DNA of 64,000 nt from Eledone cirrhosa (lineage: Eukaryota), in assembly GCA_964016885.1 (NCBI GenBank), contig CAXHJY010000955.1, positions 62,001 to 126,000 of the forward strand, given 5' to 3'. The notes beneath the pieces are model-generated. The model did not search any database. It was not told where the DNA came from and saw only the letters and a program-made list of their open reading frames with translations. This document shows positions 1-10,400 of the stretch, one piece after another; the first letter of the stretch is position 1, and every line of letters begins with the position of its first letter. Position numbers and translations under genes: made by a program.

Positions 1-3000
1 CAGCTATAACATTGAACATGGACCAATGATGTTAATAATGACAGCTACAGCATTGAACATGGACCAATGCTGTCAATAACGACAGCTACAGCATTGAACG
101 TGGACCAATTCTGTCAATAATGACAGCTACAGCATTGAACATGAACCAATGCTGTCAATAATGACAGCTACAGCATTGCTGCCAATAATGATAGCTACAG
201 CATTGAACGTGGACCAATGCTGTCAATAATAACAGCTACAGCATTGAACATGGACCAATGATGTCAATAATGACAGCTATAGCATTGAACATGGACCAAT
301 GCTATCAATAATAACAGCTACAGCATTGAACATGGACCAATGATGTCAATAATGACAGCTACAGCATTGAACATGGACCAGCGCTGTCAATAATGACAGC
401 TACAGCATTGAACATGGACCAATGCTGTCAATAATGACAGCTATAGCATTGAACGTGGACCAATGCTGTCAATAATGATAGCTACAGCATTGAACATGGA
501 CCAATGCTGTCAATAATGACAGCTACAGCATTGAACATGGACCAATGCTGTCAATAATGACAGCTATAGCATTGAACGTGGACCAATGCTGTCAATAATG
601 ATAGCTACAGCATTGAACATGGACCAATGCTGTCAATAATGATAGCTACAGCATTGAACATGGACCAATGCTGTCAATAATGACAGCTACAGCATTGAAC
701 ATGGACCAATGCTGTCAATAATGACAGCTACAGCATTGAACATGGACCAATGCTGTCAATAATGACAGCTACAGCATTGAACATGGACCAACGCTGTCAA
801 TAATGACAGCTACAGCATTGAACATGGACCAATGATGTCAATAATGACAGCTACAGCATTGAACATGGACCAACGCTGTCAATAATGACAGCTACAGCAT
901 TGAACATGGACCAACGCTGTCAATAATGACAGCTACAGCATTGAACATGGACCAGCGCTGTCAATAATGACAGCTACAGCATTGAACATGGACAATGCTG
1001 TCAATAATGACAGCTATAGCATTGAACCTGAACCAATGCTGTCAATAATGACAGCTACAGCATTGAACATGGACCAACGCTGTCAATAATGACAGCTACA
1101 GCATTGAACATGGACCAGCGCTGTCAATAATGACAGCTACAGCATTGAACATGGACCAATGCTGTCAATAATGACAGCTATAGCATTGCTGCCAATAATG
1201 ATAGCTACAGCATTGAACATGGACCAATGATGTCAATAATGACAGCTATAGCATTGAACATGAACCAATGCTGTCAATAATGACAGCTACAGCATTGCTG
1301 CCAATAATGATAGCTACAGCATTGAACATGGACCAATGCTGTCAATAATGACAGCTATAGCATTGAACATGAACCAATGCTGTCAATAATGACAGCTACA
1401 GCATTGAACATGGACCAATGCTGTCAATAATGACAGCTATAGCATTGAACATGAACCAATGCTGTCAATAATGACAGCTACAGCATTGCTGCCAATAATG
1501 ACAGCTACAGCATTGAACATGGACCAATGCTGTCAATAATGACAGCTACAGCATTGCTGCCAATAATGACAGCTACAGCATTGAACATGGACCAATGCTG
1601 TCAATAATGACAGCTACAGCATTGCTGCCAATAATGACAGCTAAAGCATTGAAGACGGACCAATGCTGTCAATAATGACAGCTACAGCATTGAACATGGA
1701 CCAATGCTGTCAATAATGACAGCTACAGCATTGAACATGGACCAATGCAGTCAATAATGACAGCTACAGCATTGAACATGGACCAATGCTGTCAATAATG
1801 ACAGCTACAGCATTGAACACGGACCAATGTTGTCAATAATGACAGCTACAGCATTGAACATGAACCAATGCTGTCAATAATGACAGCCACAGCATTGCTG
1901 CCAATAATGATAGCTATAGCATTGAACATGGACCAATGATGTCAATAATGACAGCTACAGCATTGAACATGGACCAATGCAGTCAATAATGACAGCTACA
2001 GCATTGAACATGGACCAATGCTGTCAATAATGACAGCTACAGCATTGAACATGGACCAATGTTGTCAATATTGACAGCTATAGCATTGAACATGAACCAA
2101 TGATGTCAATAATGACAGCTACAGCATTGAACATGAACCAATGCTGTCAATAATGACAGCTACAGCATTGCTGCCAATAATGATAGCTACAGCATTGAAC
2201 ATGGACCAATGATGTCAATAATGACAGCTACAGCATTGAACATGGACCAATGCAGTCAATAATGACAGCTACAGCATTGAACATGGACCAATGCTGTCAA
2301 TAATGACAGCTACAGCATAGAACACGGACCAATGTTGTCAATAATGACAGCTACAGCATTGAACATGAACCAATGCTGTCAATAATGACAGCCACAGCAT
2401 TGCTGCCAATAATGATAGCTATAGCATTGAACATGGACCAATGATGTCAATAATGACAGCTACAGCATTGAACATGGACCAATGCAGTCAATAATGACAG
2501 CTACAGCATTGAACATGGACCAATGCTGTCAATAATGACAGCTACAGCATTGAACATGGACCAATGCTGTCAATAATGACAGCTACAGCATTGAACATGG
2601 ACCAATGCTGTCAATAATGACAGCTTCAGCATTGAACATGGACCAATGCTGTCAATAATGACAGCTATAGCATTGAACATGGACCAATGATGTTAATAAT
2701 GACAGCTACAGCATTGAACATGGACCAATGCTGTCAATAACGACAGCTACAGCATTGAACGTGGACCAATTCTGTCAATAATGACAGCTACAGCATTGAA
2801 CGTGGACCAATGCTGTCAATAACGACAGCTACAGCATTGAACATGAACCAATGCTGTCAATAATGACAGCTACAGCATTGCTGCCAATAATGATAGCTAC
2901 AGCATTGAACGTGGACCAATGCTGTCAATAATAACAGCTACAGCATTGAACATGGACCAATGATGTCAATAATGACAGCTATAGCATTGAACATGGACCA

Positions 3001-3770
3001 ATGCTATCAATAATAACAGCTACAGCATTGAACATGGACCAATGATGTCAATAATGACAGCTACAGCATTGAACATGGACCAGCGCTGTCAATAATGACA
3101 GCTACAGCATTGAACATGGACCAATGCTGTCAATAATGACAGCTATAGCATTGAACGTGGACCAATGCTGTCAATAATGATAGCTACAGCATTGAACATG
3201 GACCAATGCTGTCAATAATGACAGCTACAGCATTGAACATGGACCAATGCTGTCAATAATGACAGCTATAGCATTGAACGTGGACCAATGCTGTCAATAA
3301 TGATAGCTACAGCATTGAACATGGACCAATGCTGTCAATAATGATAGCTACAGCATTGAACATGGACCAATGCTGTCAATAATGACAGCTACAGCATTGA
3401 ACATGGACCAATGCTGTCAATAATGACAGCTACAGCATTGAACATGGACCAATGCTGTCAATAATGACAGCTACAGCATTGAACATGGACCAACGCTGTC
3501 AATAATGACAGCTACAGCATTGAACATGGACCAATGCTGTCAATAATGACAGCTACAGCATTGAACATGGACCAATGCTGTCAATAATGACAGCTATAGC
3601 ATTAAACGTGGACCAATGCTGTCAATAATGATAGCTACAGCATTGAACATGGACCAATGCTGTCAATAATGACAGCTACAGCATTGAACATGGACCAATG
3701 CTGTCAATAATGACAGCTACAGCATTGAACATGAACCAATGCTGTCAATAATGACAGCTACAGCATTGAA
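1..3770. repeat. 41-bp tandem satellite/minisatellite, about 95 units, continues beyond the window start
   Basis: CAGCTA at 1 recurs at 42, giving period 41. Consensus is GACAGCTACAGCATTGAACATGGACCAATGCTGTCAATAAT, with head-to-tail units, no spacers and scattered SNPs. About ten 27-bp deletion units (...CAGCATTGCTGCCAATAAT). Ends abruptly at ...CAGCATTGAA (3770). Confidence 0.98.
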
Positions 3771-4211
3771 TAATTTTAAGTTTTACAGTCCGTGGTTGGT
3801 ACGCCATATTCACCTGTATTATTGGGTATATGAACAATCACACAAACTAGGAAATATCTGTTTTGATAAATTGATGGTTTGCATAAGCGAAACTATAATT
3901 CGTTTAATTTATGTTCATTACTGAGATGTGGAAATTATTAAAGATTAAACAATATTTTAATAATTTATTTCTAGGATATAATTACATAAATGTTCAGCAT
4001 ATATCTAAAAATACAGGATTAAATATGTATGAGTAAATTTGAAGAAATAACTGTTTACAGGGACAAATATAGGGTGGAACCCAGAATCTTGTAATGGGAA
4101 AGTGAATTTCTTATTGCAGCAATATGACTGATATAGAAATGCATTGTGTATATATGTGTATGTTTGTGAATTTTAAAGGGTTACAGATGGAGAAAAATAT
4201 ATATAATATTC

Positions 4212-4353
4212 TACCATACATGGCATGTTTTTCATCCACTTACTCCTGAGATGGTCGTTGGGGCAGAGTCCTCAAACACTCCTTTCAGCAGTAATGGAGC
4301 TGTGATCGGTCAATTCAGAGAAGTAGCGGCTCTACCTGGAGCGACTCTCTTAA
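4212..4353 (-). mobile_element. Decayed, 5'-truncated, internally deleted RTE-clade (Rex3/Expander-like) non-LTR retrotransposon 3' fragment
   Basis: The minus-strand frame from 4350 translates to RESLQVEPLLL*IDRSQLHY-C*KECLRTLPQRPSQE* (final TAA at 4242-4240), followed by GTGGATGAAAAACATGCCATGTATGG. From memory, this resembles the Rex3/RTE ORF motif RE-L-VEPLLL-IERSQLRW, the C-terminal W--LL--LPPRP---* and the short 3' end before a GATG-type tail. Recognised by recall, not by database search. Confidence 0.72.
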
Positions 4354-4416
4354 CAATATGGGACAATCACCACCTTTCTCTTACTTACCATCATAAGTGG
4401 ATCTAATTGTCTCAGA

Positions 4417-4447
4417 ACTACTACTACTACTACTGCTACAACTACTA
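4417..4447. repeat. Imperfect (ACT)n trinucleotide microsatellite, about 10 units
   Basis: ACTACTACTACTACTACTGCTACAACTACTA read directly. Confidence 0.9.
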
Positions 4448-7400
4448 TCACATATTGATCTTCGGAGCAAGTTATACTATCTTGTTTACATCACCAGTCT
4501 ATATAAACATAGAAATATGAGACAATCTGTTAAGATATTGTCTTCTAAAAAGATTTAAGAATATCCTAAGACTGATCAGTAGCAACAGTCAAGGAACTGA
4601 ACATAAAGAAAGAAACATTGGAGTAAAGTTGGAATAGAAATATATTGGTGTAAAGTTGGAATAGAAATATATTGGTGTAAAGTTGGGAATAGAAATATAA
4701 AGGTGTAAAGTTGGGAATAGAAATATATTGGTGTAATGTTGGAATAGAAATATATTGGTGTAAAGTTGGAATAGAAATATATTGGAGTAAAGTTGGGAAT
4801 AGAAATATATTGGTGTAAAGTTGGAATAGAAATATATTGGTGTAAAGTTGGAATAGAAATATATTGGTGTAAAGTTGGAATAGAAATATAATGGTGTAAA
4901 GTTGGGAATAGAAATATATTGGTGTAAAGTTGGAATAGAAATATATTGGTGTAAAGTTGGAATAGAAATATATTGGTGTAAAGTTGGGAATAGAAATATA
5001 TTGGTGTAAAGTTGGAATAGAAATATATTGGAGTAAAGTTGGGAATAGAAATATATTGGTGTAATGTTGGAATAGAAATATATTGGTGTAAAGTTCGGAA
5101 TAGAAATATATTGGTGTAAAATTGGGAATAGAAATATATTGGTGTAAAGTTGGAATAGAAATATATTGGTGTAAAGTTAGGAATAGAAATATATTGGAGT
5201 AAGGTTGAAATAGAAATATATTGGTGTAAAGTTGGAATAGAAATATATTGGTGTAAAGTTGGGAATAGAAATATATTGGTGTAAAGTTGGGAATAGAAAT
5301 ATTTTGGTGTAAAGTTGGAAATAGAAATATATTGGTGTAAAATTGGAATAGAAATATATTAGTGTAAAGTTGGGAATAGAAATATATTGGAATGAGGTTG
5401 GAATAGAAATATATTGGTGTAAAGTTAGAATAGAAATATATTGGTGTAAAGTTAGGAATAGAAATATATTGGTGTAAAGTTGGGAATAGGAATATATTGG
5501 TGTAAAGTTGGAATAGAAATATATGGTGTAAAGTTGGAATAGAAATACATTGGTGTAAAGTTGGAATAGAAATATATTTGTGTAAATTTGGAATAGAAAT
5601 ATATTGGTGTAAATTTGGGAATAGAAATATATTGGTGTAAAGTTGGAATAGAAATATATTGGTGTAAAGTTGGAATAGAAATATATTGGTGTAAAGTTGG
5701 GAATAGAATTATATTGGTGTAAAGTTGGGAATAGAAATATTTTGGTGTAAAGTTGGGAATAGAAATATATTGGTGTAAAGGTGGATATAGAAATATTTTG
5801 GTGTAAAGTTGGGAATAGAAATATATTGGTGTAAAGTTGGGAACAGAAATATATTGGTGTAAAGTTGGAATAGAAATATATTGGTGTAAAGTTGGGAATA
5901 GAAATATATTGGTGAAAAGTTGGAACAGAAATATATTGGTGTAAAGTTTGAATAGAAATATATTGGTGTAAAGTTGGGAATAGAAATATATTGGTGTAAA
6001 GTTGGAATAGAAATATATGGTGTAAAGTTGGAATAGATATATATTGGTGTAAAGTTGGAATAGAAATATATTGGTGTAAAGTTGGAATAGAAATATATTG
6101 GTGTAAAGTTGAGAATAGAAATATATTGGTGTAAAGTTGGAATAGAAATATATTGGTGTAAAGTCGGAATAGAAATATATTGGTGTAAAGTTGGAATAGA
6201 AATATATTGGTCTAAAGTTGGAAATAGAAATATATTGGTGTAAAGTTGGGAATAGAAATATATTGGTGTAAAGTTGGGAATAGAAATATATTGGTGTAAA
6301 GTTGGGATTAGAAATATATTGGTGCAAAGTTGGGAATAGAAATATATTGGAGTAAAGTTGGGAATAGAAATATATTGGTGTAAAGTTGGGAATAGAAATA
6401 TATTGGTGTAAAGTTGGGAATAGAAATATATTGGTGCAAAGTTGGAATAGAAATATATTGGTGTAAAGTTGGGAATAGAAATATATTGGAGTAAAGTTGG
6501 GAATAGAAATATATTGGTGCAAAGTTGAAATAGAAATATATTGGTGTAAAGTTGGAATAGAAATATATTGGTGTAAAGTTGGAATAGAAATATATTGGTG
6601 TAAAGTTGGGAATAGAAATATATTGGTGAAAAGTTGGAATAGAAATATATTGGTGTAAAGTTGGGAATAGAAATATATTGGAGTAAGGTTGGAATAGAAA
6701 TATATTGGTGTAATGTTGGAATAGAAATATATTGGTGGAAAGTTGGGAATAGAAATATATTGGTGTAAAGTTGGGAATAGAAATATATTGGTGTAAAGTT
6801 GGAATAGAAATATATTGGTGTAAAGTTGGGAATAGAAATATATTGGTGTAAAGTTGGGAATAGAAATATATTGGTGTAAAGTTGGGAATAGAAATATATT
6901 GGAGTAAAGTTGGGAATAGAAATATATTGGTGCAAAGTTGGAATAGAAATATATTGGTGTAAAGTTGGGAATAGAAATATATTGGTGTAAAGTTGGGAAT
7001 AGAAATATATTGGTGTAAAGTTGGGAATAGAAATATTTTGGTGTAAAGTTGGGAATAGAAATATATTGGTGTAAAGTTGGAATAGAAATATATTGGTGTA
7101 AATTTGGAATAGAAATATATTGGTGTAAATTTGGGAATAGAAATATATTGGTGTAAAGTTGGAATAGAAATATATTGGTGTAAAGTTGGGAATAGAAATA
7201 TATTGGTGCAAAGTTGGGAATAGAAATATATTGGTGTAAAGTTGGGAATAGAAATATATTGGTGTAAAGTTGGGATAGAAATATACTGGTGTAAAGTTGG
7301 GAATAGAAATATATTGGTGTAAAGTTGGAATCGAAATATATTGGAGTAATGTTGGGAATAGAAATATATTGGTGTAAAGTTGGGAATAGAAATATATTGG

Positions 7401-10400
7401 TGTAAAGTTGGAATATTGGTGTAAAGTTGGGAATAGATATATATTTGTGTAAAGTTGGGAAGAGAAATATATTGGTGTAAAGTTGGGAATAGAAATATAT
7501 TGGTGTAAAGTTGGGAATAGAAATATATTGGTGTAAAGTTGGGAATAGAAATATATTGGTGTAAAGTTGGAATATTGGTGTAAAGTTGGAATATTGGTGT
7601 AAAGTTGGGAATAGAAATATATTGGTGTAAAGTTGGGAAGAGAAATATATTGGAGTAATGTTGGGAATAGAAATATATTGGTGTAAAGTTGGAATAGAAA
7701 TATATTGGTGTAAAGTTGGAATAGAAATATATTTGTGTAAAGTTGGGAATAGAAATATATTGGTGTAAAGTTGGAATAGAAATATATTGGTGTAAAGTTG
7801 GGAATAGAAATATATTGGTGAATAGTTGGGAATAGAAATATATGGTGTAAAGTTGGAATAGAAATACATTGGTGTAAAGTTGGAATAGAAATATATTTGT
7901 GTAAATTTGGAATAGAAATATATTGGTGTAAATTTGGGAATAGAAATATATTGGTGTAAAGTTGGAATAGAAATATATTGGTGTAAAGTTGGAATAGAAA
8001 TATATTGGTGTAAAGTTGGGAATAGAAATATATTGGTGTAAAGTTGGGAATAGAAATATTTTGGTGTAAAGTTGGGAATAGAAATATATTGGTGTAAAGT
8101 TGGATATAGAAATATTTTGGTGTAAAGTTGGGAATAGAAATATATTGGTGTAAAGTTGGGAACAGAAATATATTGGTGTAAAGTTGGAATAGAAATATAT
8201 TGGTGTAAAGTTGGGAATAGAAATATATTGGTGTAAAGTTGGAACAGAAATATATTGGTGTAAAGTTTGAATAGAAATATATTGGTGTAAAGTTGGGAAT
8301 AGAAATATATTGGTGTAAAGTTGGAATAGAAATATATGGTGTAAAGTTGGAATAGAAATATATTGGTGTAAAGTTGCAATAGAAATATATTGGTGTAAAG
8401 TTGGAATAGAAATATATTGGTGTAAAGTTGAGAATAGAAATATATTGGTGTAAAGTTGGAATAGAAATATATTGGTGTAAAGTCAGAATAGAAATATATT
8501 GGTCTAAAGTTGGAAATAGAAATATATTGGTGTAAAGTTGGGAATAGAGATATATTGGTGTAAAGTTGGGAATAGAAATATATTGGTGTAAAGTTGGGAA
8601 TAGAAATATATTGGTGTAAAGTTGGGATTAGAAATATATTGGTGCAAAGTTGGGAATAGAAATATATTGGAGTAAAGTTGGGAATAGAAATATATTGGTG
8701 TAAAGTTGGGAATAGAAATATATTGGTGTAAAGTTGGGAATAGAAATATATTGGTGCAAAGTTGGAATAGAAATATATTGGTGTAAAGTTGGGAATAGAA
8801 ATATATTGGAGTAAAGTTGGGAATAGAAATATATTGGTGCAAAGTTGAAATAGAAATATATTGGTGTAAAGTTGGAATAGAAATATATTGGTGTAAAGTT
8901 GGAATAGAAATATATTGGTGTAAAGTTGGGAATAGAAATATATTGGTGAAAAGTTGGAATAGAAATATATTGGTGTAAAGTTGGGAATAGAAATATATTG
9001 GAGTAAGGTTGGAATAGAAATATATTGGTGTAATGTTGGAATAGAAATATATTGGTGGAAAGTTGGGAATAGAAATATATTGGTGTAAAGTTGGGAATAG
9101 AAATATATTGGTGTAAAGTTGGAATAGAAATATATTGGTGTTAAGTTGGAATAGAAATATATTGGTATAAAGTTGCAATAGAAATATATTGGTGTAAAGT
9201 TGGGAATAGAAATATATTGGAGTAAAGTTGGGAATAGAAATATATTGGAGTAAGGTTGAAATAGAAATATATTGGTGTAAAGTTGGAATAGAAATATATT
9301 GGTGTAAAGTTGGGAATAGAAATATATTGGTGTAAAGTTGGGAATAGAAATATATTGGTGTAAAGTTGGGAATAGAAATATATTGGAGTAAAGTTGGGAA
9401 TAGAAATATATTGGTGCAAAGTTGGAATAGAAATATATTGGTGTAAAGTTGGGAATAGAAATATTTTGGTGTAAAGTTGGGAATAGAAATATATTGGTGT
9501 AAAGTTGGAATAGAAATATATTGGTGTAAATTTGGAATAGAAATATATTGGTGTAAATTTGGGAATAGAAATATATTGGTGTAAAGTTGGAATAGAAATA
9601 TATTGGTGTAAAGTTGGGAATAGAAATATATTGGTGCAAAGTTGGGAATAGAAATATATTGGTGTAAAGTTGGGAATAGAAATATATTGGTGTAAAGTTG
9701 GGATAGAAATATACTGGTGTAAAGTTGGGAATAGAAATATATTGGTGTAAAGTTGGAATCGAAATATATTGGAGTAATGTTGGGAATAGAAATATATTGG
9801 TGTAAAGTTGGGAATAGAAATATATTGGTGTAAAGTTGGAATATTGGTGTAAAGTTGGGAATAGATATATATTTGTGTAAAGTTGGGAAGAGAAATATAT
9901 TGGTGTAAAGTTGGGAATAGAAATATATTGGTGTAAAGTTGGGAATAGAAATATATTGGTGTAAAGTTGGGAATAGAAATATATTGGTGTAAAGTTGGAA
10001 TATTGGTGTAAAGTTGGAATATTGGTGTAAAGTTGGGAATAGAAATATATTGGTGTAAAGTTGGGAAGAGAAATATATTGGAGTAATGTTGGGAATAGAA
10101 ATATATTGGTGTAAAGTTGGAATAGAAATATATTGGTGTAAAGTTGGAATAGAAATATATTTGTGTAAAGTTGGGAATAGAAATATATTGGTGTAAAGTT
10201 GGAATAGAAATATATTGGTGTAAAGTTGGGAATAGAAATATATTGGTGAATAGTTGGGAATAGAAATATATTGGTGTAAAGTTGGAATAGAAATATATTG
10301 GTGTAAAGTTGGAATAGAAATATATTGGTGTAAAGTTGGAATAGAAATATAATGGTGTAAAGTTGGGAATAGAAATATATTGGTGCAAAGTTGGGAATAG

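Larger units (their letters stand above)
3771..4616. other. AT-rich non-tandem spacer between the two satellites
   Basis: The only non-tandem sequence in the window. It contains low-complexity TG/TA patches (about 4146-4168 and 4194-4210), a retroelement remnant and a microsatellite, with no convincing ORF. Confidence 0.9.

Noticed and set aside
1-3770. CRISPR array (palindromic repeat of about 40 bp)
   Set aside because: Units are head-to-tail with no unique spacers, no leader and no cas genes.
3739-3924. 61-aa plus-strand ORF
   Set aside because: Its ATG lies inside the last 41-bp satellite unit and it runs into AT-rich spacer. No recognisable motif.
3771-4392. Possible small exons (plus-strand TTTACAG acceptors near 3788 and 4060; minus-strand GTAAGT donors at 4388 and 4243)
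   Set aside because: No matching acceptor-donor pair encloses a convincing open frame. The 4243 motif overlaps the retroelement stop codon, and such motifs are common in AT-rich DNA.
4571-4580. Perfect 10-bp palindrome ACTGATCAGT just upstream of the large array
   Set aside because: One 10-bp palindrome is expected by chance in about 850 bp.
4598-4620. Common origin of the two satellites (TGAACAT and CATTG near the junction; both have a 27-bp form)
   Set aside because: Matches are only 5-7 bp and the monomers do not align, so the shared 27-bp length appears coincidental.
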